A stretch of 64,000 bases of DNA, from assembly GCF_009914755.1 (NCBI RefSeq), contig NC_060927.1, one strand, 5' to 3'. Both the position numbers and the translations under genes were made by a program. Below are positions 1-24,207 of this stretch, one piece after another (the first letter of the stretch is position 1; every line of letters begins with the position of its first letter). The stretch is from the human T2T-CHM13v2.0 reference genome, Homo sapiens. The notes under the pieces were generated by a model that was not told where the DNA came from, searched no databases, and worked only from the letters and a program-made list of their open reading frames with translations.

Positions 1-1366
1 TCTCCGTAATTCACAGACATGCCCCAGCACCCACTCTTCCACACCCCCACACCCCACCTGAGCCTCGGCAATCCCAGTGCAGCACGGGTACTTCTTGGCA
101 TTCAGAGAATTCACAGAGGCCACGTGTGTGCTATCCACTGCTTCCCAGGATTGGTCACTTCCCAATTTAAAATAATTACTGCCTGTGAACAACTCTGTAT
201 TAAAACAAAATTTCTATAGTAATATCTTAACTGCTTGATTTTTGGGGGAGGAGGGGAGCAGGTGGGAGGCATTGCCTAGAAAGGTAACTGGCTCTAGGCC
301 TTATCAACCAATAGGACAGTGTAACCTTGATTCACTAACCCTAATCAAGACAGAAGGCAACTAAGTAATGCAGGGGACAAGGACACAAGATGATGGAACT
401 TGCAGAGAGGAGGGAAGTGCTCGGTTGTGTTAAAGGTAGAAAATGTGACTAGTAATATTTACTAACAGTTTTTATTACTAGTGTATTCTCATCTGAGTCT
501 GTATTTCTGCTTCTCTTCTCAGGACAGTTTTACCCAGGTGATGAGTGCCTTCCCTTGCTTTAAAAAATTCTGCCTTTCTACACCATCTCAGCCACATGGG
601 TGATTGAAACCTACTTGGCTTCTTTAGAAACTGAAAGGGTTTCAGGTGTACACTGTTGCCCGCTGTTTAAGAGGCGAGGACTGAGTTACATGGCCACCTA
701 CAGAGTCTGACCATTTTTTAAATGTCAGCCCCAAAGTACCACTGACTCTTGTCCATAGCACAACAGATTAAAACCTTGCCTTGCTTTTGCAACCTTGGAG
801 GCAGCTGGAAAACTTGTGTGTCTACGTCCAAATCTGTCTTTCGTGTCCAGTTTAAAAATATATAATTTACATGGGCAGTGATCTCAGTGTTGGAACAAAT
901 CTCTTTTATTTGCTGCTGGAAGCTGCATGGGCCACTCATTAATACATCAGAGGTCAGATGCATGCCGGGGCGGCAGCTGGGACACTAATGATTTCATATG
1001 GCTTTGTATGACCGCTGGCCGCCTGTGGTGCTGTAAATCGGGACTCAGGGTTCTAATTTTTTCAAAACCTCCAGGGAGGTTGCCTCTTGCGAGATAGAAC
1101 TTAAGATAATATTTATAGTAGAGGGCAGAGGAAAAATAATACCTAATGGGAACATTGTGGAAAAAATGGTAGCAACCTATTAGAAGTAAATTATGTGGGG
1201 CCATTGGAGTTAACTCATTTATGGGCTCCATGAGTATTTTATTAGGTCCTTAGCTATGAAGAGTGCTGCGCTGTGGCCAAGCTCCAAGCATCACCCCCTC
1301 AACAACTTAGGTTGTCAGTGGAAGGATTCTCCCCTCACTTTTGGGAGGGAGGAGTATTAATTGAAC

Positions 1367-9212
<7,846 letters not shown>

Positions 9213-10008
9213 TACTAGAACTTAATTTTGAAGCTCTTTAGTTTCTGTTGTCAAGTCTCTATTAGGTAGACTTTCTGGGGTGGAAGGGGGTCTTCCGGAG
9301 GTACCCAGTCAGGCCCCTTTTGTTTCACAGATGAGACTGAAGCCCAGACAGGTCAAGAGAGGTGATTGGACAGATGGTTCCATAGCCAGGTAGTGCCAGT
9401 ACTCACTAGCCATGGAGATGAGAGCAATCTAGGTAGTTACAATTTGCAAGAGCCCCTTAGTCCGAAGGAAGCAGGAGAGTGCCATTCAGTCCACACAGCT
9501 GTCTTGAGAAGAGGGAAAGAACGGATGCGTTCTCAAGGTTGCTTAGCTGTTAGAAGCAGGGAGGCCACCCGAAGGTTTGGTGGCATGTTTTATTCACATG
9601 TACAAGAAACTTTCTGATGGAAGGGTTTTCACACTTCACATCAGCATAGGAGTGATCCCTTCATTCCCATGACAAATGGAGAGAGCAAAGGAAAGGAACG
9701 TCGTTCAAACTGGTAGAATTGCTTTAGCACCAGGTCGTAAAAAGGGATCGGCCAGGAATTTTTCCTGAATTTATCCAGCTCAGCATCTTTTGATTAGTAT
9801 TTATACTTGAGAATTTTAGATTTAAAAGATTATTAGGATTAGATAATCTCTGAAGGATAGATCAGCTTTAAAAGCAACTGATTTAAAGGAGGCAAGTTGC
9901 TGCTACCTGGTTTCAGTCTGCCACCATTGCTGGCAAAGCACTGCAGTGATCAAAATTAGTAGGAAAGTTACAAACCTTACCACATTTCCCTTGTATAAAG
10001 TAGGATCT

Positions 10009-10313
10009 GGGCCGGGTGCGTTGGCTCACGCCTGTAATCCCAGCACTTTGGGAGGCCAAGGTGGGTGGATCACGAGGTCAGAAGATCGAGACCATCCTGG
10101 CTAACAGGGTGAAACCTCATCTCTACTAAAAATATAAAAAAATTAGTTGGGCGTGGTGGCAGGCACCTTTAGTCCCAGCTACTCCCAGGGAGGCTAAGGC
10201 AGGAGAATGGCATGAACTCGGGAGGCAGAGCTTGCAGTGAGCCGAGATCGCGTCGCCACTGCACTCCAGCCTGGGTGACAAGAGCAAGACTCTGTCTCAA
10301 AAACAAACAAATA
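10009..10313 (+). mobile_element. AluY-like element with 13-bp TSD
   Basis: Full Alu with gatcgagaccatcctggctaa; TSD ataaagtaggatc at 9995-10007 and 10311-10323. Confidence 0.95.
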
Positions 10314-11957
10314 AAGTAGGATCCATAAAAACCTCCTGGTTATAGCAGAACTGTTACTTTACAAAAGTAAAAACACAATATCCTAAATCTTTCGTTTTTC
10401 CTGTTTCTGAATCGTAAAGTTTCTAGAGAACCAGTTTAACCCATCCTAGATTACACACTTCCCTATTAACTCAATTAGCCCCGAGTGGAGTAACTTCTGT
10501 GTGCTTGAGTGAACCATTTAGGGGGAGCATTTTTCTAGTGGACACACTTTATGTGAAGATTTTGGTTGTTAATAAAATAAAGAACTTGGAGAAGGAAAGA
10601 AGCAGCAGTCTCCCTCTGTTTGCCCCCAGCCCTCTCTTTTTGGAGCTCTCCGCCTAAGAAAACCTTCTGGGCCACTTCCAAGCCTTCTCCCCATCTCTGT
10701 CTCCCACAACACTCTGCCTTGCTTCTCACCAGAATGAGCTTCTATTCAGTCTGCGCAGAATCGCCTGGAATCTCACATCCTGGATCTCCACCATACCTAG
10801 CAAGGTGCTTTGTACTGGTGATGAGAGAGCTGGTGTCATACCTGTGTTGGAACCAGCTCTGTAGAAGGCTCATGCTGGCTTCCCTGCTGTGTCTTTGCTA
10901 ACACTGTGGCCTTGAGCACTCCCCAACTCCTGTCCTCACCTGGAGATGAAGTGTGGGTGTTGTATTTGTATACTGCTTCCCTGCCTGTTGCATGTTAGCT
11001 AGCTTCCCCTCATGCCCAGGTGTACCAGAGGCAAATTTAAGCTCTGCTCTTGAAAGCAATCCAGCAAACATTTACAGAGTGGCGCTAAGTGCCCTGCTCT
11101 GTGGAGAGATACAGTAATGAGACTGGCCCAGTTTCTATGCCAAGGAGTTTTCTCTCTTGAGAGCTCCTTGTTTATTAGCAGGTAAAGGTTGTGCCAGCCC
11201 TTCTCTCTCTCCCTCCCTCCCTCCCTCCCTCCCTCCCAGCGTGCTGGGCCCCAGGGAAGTGTAGAACATCACATAAAGCAGTTCTGTCAGCACTGGCTGC
11301 CTCCCAGGTTCAACTCCTTGGAATAACTTGGCATGAAGAAGAAAGGCAAGGAGCTGGCTGACCTTACCACTAGCTTTTTGCCTTCGTTCCAGAAACTTAA
11401 GCCTGTAGCTTGCTTGAGTGCCTGGGAGAACCATGCTTTGCACTTTGCATTACTACCTGTGGTGTGAGGATGGTTGTTACTGGCTCTTAACCTTGCTTCA
11501 CACATCTAGGCTAGAGCAGCAAAGGAAACTTTTCTGGTACATTCTTACATCCAGGCCACTAATATCAGACTAGGTAACACAGTCTTAACAACTTTTCTGG
11601 ATAATGAAGCTAAGATTCAGGGCAAACTCTCATGCCAGGAGGTTTGTTTTGTTTGGTTTCTGCCTTCGAAGTGTCTCTGTTACAGTTCTGAATGAGACTA
11701 GAGTGGGATATGGCATTCAGTTGTGTTCCCCCCTCCATTCCCCCTTAATTTGGGGCAGAGAGAGTGGGAGAAAAAAGGAAGCAGATATTTTTAGTTATGT
11801 TTGCAGTTACGCCACTGCTGCCTCTCCCTTTGGGGTGTGCTTGCTCATTGGGGAAGCTGGTGGTTCGGTTGTGAGAGCCAGGGCCCTCCAGTTGCTGTCT
11901 TCCCTCCTCCTCCCGTCCTGCATCTCCATTTATGCCTGTACCCTCTCTTGTCCCCAG

Positions 11958-12125
11958 GTGCTGCACCTGTACTGTGACACTTGCTCTGTACCCATCTGTC
12001 GTGAGTGCACAATGGGCCGGCATGGGGGCCACAGCTTCATCTACCTCCAGGAGGCACTGCAGGACTCACGGGCACTCACCATCCAGCTGCTGGCAGATGC
12101 CCAGCAGGGACGACAGGCAATCCAG
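11958..12125 (+). CDS. TRIM71: TRIM71 coding exon 2 (168 nt; C-terminal part of B-box 2 and start of coiled coil)
   Basis: Acceptor ctcttgtccccag|GTG and donor CAG|gtgagc, phase 0/0. Translates [56 protein letters not shown] with B-box Cys/His spacing. Confidence 0.97.
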
Positions 12126-12350
12126 GTGAGCCTTCCCTGCCCTTCTGCAGTTCCCACGTGAATCGAGCCCCCCTTTCTGTCGGGTGGCATGGACAGACAA
12201 TTGGGCAGATTCCAGTGTGGGGGGTGGAATAGTGACCCAAATGAGCTCAGGTGACATCCCTGCAGCAGCGGTCCCTTTAGGGGTTCTGGCAGTCTCGTGA
12301 AGATGTCAGGGATGTGGCCAAAGTTACTGGTCAGATTTCTAAGCACCTAG

Positions 12351-13270
<920 letters not shown>

Positions 13271-13827
13271 TAGACAGAGACCTTTGTGATACAGATTTAC
13301 TTATTTATATGTGAGAAATTAGTGAGCAGAATGTTATGTGAGGTTCGGTGTCTTCAGTCCTTTCCTGGATGGTGAATCCCCTGTAATTGAAACTGTTGTT
13401 TCTGTTGAATTCCTATCAACAGCTAGGGAGGGGCATGTGTAACTTTGATAATTGGCAGGGTTCTCTCACATAGGTGATAGTGTGCCTGAATTTCTATTAA
13501 ATCTTGTCTGATCCAGGTGACAAGGTTTTAGGAAATCAGAAAATTGTGACTTTTCCCTGTGTTATAGGATACTTTGAAAGTCAAGAAAAGTTGTTCACCC
13601 TCTAGGAGAAGAAAAATTGTTCACCCTCTAGGAGAAATTACATAGGAACCATTCTAGAATATTTATATAAGTGAATTGTTTTAAAAGTAAGATTCTGGCC
13701 AGGTTCAGTGGCTCACGCCTGTGTAATCCTAGCACGTTGGGAGGCCGAGGTGGTGGATCACTTGAGCTCAAGAGTTTGAGACCAGCCTGGGCAACATGGG
13801 GAAACCCTACAAAAAGTACCAAAATTA

Positions 13828-13959
<132 letters not shown>

Positions 13960-14504
13960 TTAAGACTCTGTTTCAAAAAAAATCCGTTTTGAAAGTGCTA
14001 AAGAATTGAGATCATGCCTCTTAACAGAAGAGGGAGGATTTGATTTAATAAGTTTCTCAGCCGCTATCACATTCCCATGCATGATACTGAAACAATCTTT
14101 TCTGATGAGTCAGATTTTATGATGTTCAGATCATAAAATTGGAAGTTTGAGAGACTTTCTTGAATGACTAATCCTGTTATTGTTATGCCAGTATTGCTCA
14201 TTGTCTTTAAAATGCCTTGAGTGTCTCTGTGTTGCTCTTCTCCTTTGTCAGTGTCTTCACCTGTGCATCATTCTGTTGTATATCAGTGCATCTGTCCCTG
14301 CGGATGAAGTGGTTTGTGTCTTTCATTTTATGCCACGACAGTTGGGACCTTGACAAATAAATGCCTTACCCTGCTGGTGTCTCCTCGACACCGGTGCCCT
14401 CGACACTGTGGCATCGCCTGAGGAACTTAACCACTGGTGTCAGCAGGGCACGGTTGCTCAAACCTGTAATCCCAGCACTTTGGGAGGCCGAGGTGGGTAG
14501 ATCA

Positions 14505-14804
<300 letters not shown>

Positions 14805-15184
14805 TTACTCTCTTAAGAGATTGAAAACAGTTGGAGCATTATTGAGAGAATGCTGGTGCTCTCTGTGCTTAGTGGGAAAAGCCACCATGGGGGAGAAAAA
14901 ATGAGTTGTAACAATTTGCTGGAGGCTTATTAAGGAGAGCACCAACAAATCATGAGTGGTTAACATGGTGAAATCTCAGAGAAATGGAAATTCACTGGAA
15001 ATTCTGTGGGGAGAAAAGAGTGTGGGGAAAATAAATATAGTCAGCTGTGTAAGTGGTGAGAACCTAGGCATAAATCCTAGAGGTATGATTCAAATGTTAG
15101 TTGAAAGTGTGTGCCCAACATTAATCTGAATACTAGATCATGGGGCATTTTGGGTAGAGGCATTTTAGGTCTGTTAATCTATAA

Positions 15185-15589
<405 letters not shown>

Positions 15590-15809
15590 TAGGCAATCCA
15601 TCCCCTTTCTTTGGCCTCCCACGTAGCTAGGACTACAGGTATGCTCCACCACACCCAGCTAATTTTTGTATTTTTTGTAGAGATGGGGCTCGCTTTGTTG
15701 TCTAGGCTGATCTCACTCAAACTCCTGGCTTCATGCGATCTTTCACCTTGGCCTCCCAAGGCGCTGAGATTAAAGGCATCAGCTACCTTGCCCAGCCTGA
15801 CAATTTCTT

Positions 15810-18170
<2,361 letters not shown>

Positions 18171-19177
18171 ATAGTTTGTGATTATATTTTTTATTATTTT
18201 TATTTTTGAGACAGTCTGGCTGTGTCGCCCAGGCTGGAACGCAGTGACAGATCTTGGCTCACTGCAACCTCTGCCTCCCTGGTTCAAGTGAGGAGCTGGG
18301 ATTACCGGCCTGTACCACCACGCCTGGCTAATTTTTGTGTTTTTAGTAGAGATGGGGTTTCACCATGTTGCCCAGGCTGGTCTTCTCAAACTCATGGTGT
18401 CAAGTGATCTATCCGCTTCCACCTCCCAAAATGCTGGGATTACAGGCTTGAGCCACTGCACCCAGCCTCATCCATTTATTTTTAAGATCAGTTTGTGTGA
18501 TTGTTGTAACCATCTAATAAATCATTTCCAGATGAGGAGGATATGTATACTGAAAGTATATTTCCCCATTGAATGTCTGGTATTAAATTGCAGATGTCAG
18601 ATGTTCAGTTAACTGTGAATCAGAGTTCCTAACTTATGACTTTAAAGAGACTCACAACTTGTCCTGAGAGTCTTGGTTCTGGAAAGAGCTCCAGATACAA
18701 ATCCTTGAGTTAATTCTGGATTGTCCTATAAAGAGAATCTACCCTGGTGAGTGTCTAGAGTTGGCCATAACAAGAACAGCATGGAAGATGTAGCACCTCA
18801 TCACTGTTGTAGGGCATTTAGGGGGCAACCACTCATTTTTATTGCTTTTTTGAACATTCTGTTACTTTCACTTTGCTGCTTTTCTTGAATATATGACATT
18901 TTGGTCATGTATGTTATTAGAGGATTCCACAAGGTAAACTGATTTGCTGGGGATAGCGATAAACAGGATCAGGAATAGTTGGTTTCTACATAAGAAAGTT
19001 TTGATTCTTCAATTACTATATTTCATCACATTTAAGATGCCATTAATTGTAAGGTGTACATTTATTTTACATACAACTAACAAAGGAAGAAACCCACGGA
19101 CAATTTAGAGATGAATTATAGATTCAGAGAAAGATGTGATGAAAATTTTATATATGTATATATATATATTTTTTTGA

Positions 19178-19285
<108 letters not shown>

Positions 19286-21437
19286 TAGTTGGGATTACAG
19301 GTACCCGTCACCACACCTGGCTAATTTTGGTATCTTCAGTAGAGACGGGGTTTCACCATGTTGGCCAGGCTAGTCTCAACTCCTGACCTCAGGCAGTCCA
19401 CCTGCCTCAGCCTCCCAAGAGTGTTGGGATTACAGGCATGAGCCACTGCGCCTGGCCAAAAATTACATTTTAGAGTGCACCACAGTAGCTCCGCATACCC
19501 AGTATGGTCGCCTACAAGTGTATGGGTGATGATTGCATTCTCTTACCTTCTGACCGTTGGGCTCTTTAAATACCACTGTTCTCCACAGTTGGCATCACTG
19601 ATCGATATCTATATTCTTTCCCTTGAGAGCCAGATTTGGCCCAAGTCTCCACCATGCTGACTGACTGCCACTCAGTAGTCAGCTGGAAAGTGCACTGATT
19701 TGCCAGTCCAAATGTAGACCCTCAACTTTTAAATGTTTAATTAGATCTGTTAACATCCCAAAGATGGTTAAATTTTCTCTCAAGCACCATGCTTGTTGGG
19801 TGATTTCTCTTTTCTTACTGTGAAATGTATATATCTGTTTTGGAAGTTTACCCAGCCTTTCTACATTGTCATTTCCCCCAACCTATCTGCCCTGTATGTC
19901 CTTCAGATGCCCTGCTGTTAGAGGTTGGGAACTAGTTCAATAAGTCCTGGTCTGCACATCTTGGAATGCCATGCTTGGCTGGGTCGTGCGTAATTTGGAA
20001 GGGAAAGACCTATTTTTCCACTATGCATTGGGTAGGGCTTTTGTGACTCTCAGCCCAAGGAATATCTTTGCACGCTTGCTGATTATTAAAATTGCAACAA
20101 AAGCTTTGAATCCCCCTTTGAACCTGTTTGAAAAATGGAAGAAGCAATTTTTGTCATAAAATGTGAGTTCCAGACATGAGGGATAAGCGATAAGCCTGGC
20201 TAGGAGACTAGGGGAAGAGGTGAGTAGGGTAGTACACCCATTCCTATGCAAAGGGAGTGGTGTTTTTGTTTTTTTATTTTTTGAGACAAGAGTTTTGCTC
20301 TTGTAGCCCAGGCTGGGTCTTTTTTTTTCTTCTAACATATGATAGAAGTTAGATGTAAAAAAATCAATTTGGCAAGTAGTATGACATTAATATTAATAGA
20401 AAGCAGTTTGCCACCTCTGCTTTCTATTGAGGAAGGATTAAGAAATGTTACAGACATAGGTTTGGTTGCCTTGGTGAAATATTAGCTTGGACACCAGTTG
20501 TGCTAATTAATAACCAACACATCTAAAAATATAGAGGGTGCCGGTTACTAAGTTCTACTCTTTGGGCTCTAACCCTGTCACACTCTTGCCATGTGACACT
20601 GGGGCTGTGACTCTTCAAACTACATGTATGGGAAAAGGACTTCTTCCCTTTTTCTTCCAATTCATATTACTTATATTATTATCATATTATATATTTGTTT
20701 TGAGACAGAGTCTTGCTCTGTCACCCAGGCTGGGGGGCGCGGTGGTGCAGTCACAGCTTGCTGCAGCTTCGATCTCCCAAGACTCAAGCAATCCTTCCAG
20801 CTCAGCCTCCCAAGTAGATGGGACTATACACAAGCGCCACCATGCCTGGCTAATTTATTTTTTTGTAGAGACGGGGTCTCACTCTTGGCCAGGCTGATCT
20901 CAAACTCGTGGGCTTAAGCTATCCTCCTGCCTCTGCCTCCCAAAGTGCTGGGATTACAGGTGTGAGCCACCGTACCCGGCCCCAATTTTTAATAGCAATT
21001 CTTTTTCACCCTGACAGCAGAAGTTGGTTTCAATTTCAGATCTTGCCACTCTCAGAATTAGCTGGATGTAACCTCACCATCTTATTCTGGGTTCTTGTAA
21101 CCACAGCTTTCTTTCCTTTGTTCTCTCAGACAAAGCAGAAGAAGCTGCTTCTGCAGGTACTCTCTGCCTCAGTGTGCTCTTTGCCCCAGCAGTTCTCCCA
21201 TACCTGTTTAACCATTTCCCTATGCTAAATTCTGTTTAAATGTCTAGGGAGCTCTCTTGCTCTCTCTCGCTTTCTCTCTTTTTCCCTGGATGAATCCTGA
21301 CAGCGTGAGATACTAAAAATGTATCAATGCTATTATGATACCTGCTTATATGCATGCTCATTTGCTTGGCCATTCTGATTTTTTAACTTTTAGGTAATGT
21401 GGATGTAATATCTGTCTGCTTCACTTTATTGGCTTCT

Positions 21438-21844
21438 GTATTAGTTTATCGGGTCTGTTGTAACAATTTACCATAAACTGGATTACTTAAAACAGCAGGC
21501 CAGAAGGCCAAGATCAAGGTGTCGGGACCATGCTCCCTCTGAAGGCCCTCAGGAAGACTCATTGCTTTCCTCATCCTGGCTTTTGGCAGTTGCCAGCATC
21601 CTTGGCTTGTACCTGCATCAGTTTCCGTTTCTGCTTTGGTCTTCACGTGGCTTTGTTCTCTGTATCTGTGTCTGCACATGACCCTCTGTGAACATCAGTT
21701 TTGGGATTTAAGATTCAACTTAATCTACTATAACCTCATCTTAGCTAATTATATCTACAAAGACCCTATTTCCACACAAGGTCACATCCTGGCCCACATT
21801 TAGTTGAGCCTGATGTTTGGAGGGACAATATTTAACCCAACACA
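21438..21844 (-). mobile_element. MLT1-family (ERVL-MaLR) solo LTR
   Basis: tgtattagttt...aagatcaaggtgtc...gaccctatttcc...aaggtcacat...ggacaatatttaacccaacaca, typical of MLT1 in reverse orientation. Confidence 0.8.
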
Positions 21845-22969
21845 GCTACCTAGTGCTTTGGTAAACATGGTTATGGCTAGAGATGTGCAAATATAAAATT
21901 TATAGATTGTTCTGCTAATTGTTCTGCTAAATCCCAGGTGGCTTAAGTATCATGGGCTTTGTACTTAGCTCCTGCTTTGATATGTAATGGTACTTGAGAC
22001 AGGATTGTAAAGGTGGAGCAGAAACATTACAGAAATGTGCTGTTCCCTTCCAGCTTCAGAAGGGAAGTGGCATCAGAACTGGGTTTGGAAATTTAGGGTG
22101 AAGCATTCCAGGCTGTGGATATCCTGTGAGCCCTCTGGATCTACCCAGTTCCCCTGTGAATCAGCTCAGTGGATCCTTAGGTCACACAGGATCCTCTTAG
22201 GCAGAGAATGCAGTGTGGCACCTAACCACTGGAGTCACGGGTGGTGTGCTTTTTTGTTTTGTTTTGTTTAAATAAAGACCAGGTTTCACCATGTTGGCCA
22301 GGCTGGTCTTAAACTCCTGAGCCCAAGTGATTTGCCTGCCTCGGCCTCCCAAAGTGCTGGGATTACAGGCATTAGCCTCTGTGCCTGGCTTCCATGGGTG
22401 TTTTTGGGGCTGCACCTTTGAGCGTGTCTTGCATGCCATGAATGTGTCAGCTGTCATCCAGAGCAAGTCAAACTGTTGGGCAGGAAGAATATTCATAAAA
22501 ATAAGGTAGATCGTGTATTGTATGATGATGCCATCTATATGAAATACCCAGAACAGGCCAGGCGCAGTGGCTCATGCCTATAATGCCAGCACTTTTGGAG
22601 GCCTAGGTGGGCAGATCACTTGAGCCCAGGAGTTCGAGACCAGCCTAGGCAATGTGACAAGATTCCCCCATCTCTATTTGAAAAAAAAAAAAAGAAAGAA
22701 AAAGAAATGCCCAGGACAGACAGATCTGTAGAGAGACAGTAGATTAGTGATCGCCATGGGGTAGAAGGAGGGAAGTGGAAATGACTCCTTAATGGTAATG
22801 GCCTTTGCTTTTTGGGTGGTGAAAATGTTCTGTAGCTAGATAGTGGTGGTGATTATACAACACTGAACATACTAAGTGTGACTAATGGTAAATTTTATGA
22901 TAGGAGCTAAGTGGCCTGACGGGACACAATGGCTGAACTTTTGTCCCAGGTGTTTTATCAGCTGAGAAC

Positions 22970-23140
22970 TATTAATAACAGTGTTTTACTCTGTGCCAGG
23001 TGCTGAGCTCAGCTCTACCCATGCATTTCCCTCACATCTACCTTTACCAAGGTTGGAGAGGACCAGGAGCTTGTCCAAGGCCTTACAACTAGTAGGAGGC
23101 CCTAAACTAACCCAGGATTGGAACCTGGGTTACCTGACTC
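22970..23140 (-). mobile_element. MIR fragment
   Basis: ttactctgtgccaggtgctg...ttgtccaaggccttacaactagta...ggattggaacctggg. Confidence 0.55.
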
Positions 23141-24072
23141 CAGGGATGACTGGCCTGGTTTGCCCCGGACTGTCCCAGTTTTAGCATTGAAAGTCCCACA
23201 TCCCAGAAACCCCTCAGTACAGAGCAAACTGGATGATTGGTCACTCTGATTCCTAAGCCCATACCAGGCTCCAGTTTGGGCTTCCCTGACACCCTCCTGA
23301 TTGAATCACCTACCCGAAACCTGTTGTACCAAGAGCAATCACTTTGGAATCCCTGATTTAATAGCTCGGTATCTCAACCATGTAATATTAATGATAACAC
23401 CATGCCTTCTGTCTGGATTAATTAACAATAATACGTCTGATTAAACTGGCTGATTTACTACGGCTGGTACAGGGTGGCGTGTGTGATGACGTGTAGATGG
23501 TCTCTGACCACGGGGCACAGCTCCTTAGGTAGATCGGGGGATATTCCCAGTGTGCACTTGGTGTTCGTTCTGGCTGGGGTGAGCTGTGTTGCCAGTGCCT
23601 TGACAAAAGCAGGATGGATTAGCCACTACCCTGTCGCACACCCTCACGTAAGGGATGTTCCTGGCCTGCGGGGTTTCGCCTAGGCAGAGGGTGAGGCCAG
23701 GAAGTCTGGGGAAGTTGCTTGTGTGGCTGGAGTTGTACATTTTACATCTGATCCTCATTCCCAGTTTTCATCTGTCACCCAGCTACACTGGTTTTGCTGT
23801 GTCAGAGTATCTCTTAATAGTTCTGACATTCACTGTGTAGGTGCTATTTCTCATGCAAAGAAATCCAGCTCTTGCCAGCAACTCCTTTAGTTACATGTCA
23901 AACAGATGCCAGTCTCTCCCTAAGTGCCTGTTTTCCTTCCAAGGGAGTGAATCAAGTGGTCTGGGAACCCAGGGTGTCAGCTTTTCAAGTCTGACAGAGC
24001 AGATTCAAATGTTTTGTATAAGGAATGACAGTCCTTCTAATGCCTCGAAGTTGTTTCTTTTTGGTTTTCCAG

Positions 24073-24207
24073 CTGAGCATCGAGCAGGCCCAGACGGTGG
24101 CGGAACAGGTGGAGATGAAGGCGAAGGTTGTGCAGTCGGAGGTCAAAGCCGTGACTGCGAGGCATAAGAAAGCCCTGGAGGAACGCGAGTGTGAGCTGCT
24201 GTGGAAG
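24073..24207 (+). CDS. TRIM71: TRIM71 coding exon 3 (135 nt; coiled coil)
   Basis: Acceptor tttcttttttggttttccag|CTG and donor AAG|gtaaca, phase 0/0. Translates [45 protein letters not shown]. Confidence 0.97.

Noticed and set aside
11604-11957. N-terminal part of the 185-aa ORF upstream of exon 2
   Set aside because: Intron sequence in frame with exon 2; no recognisable protein features.
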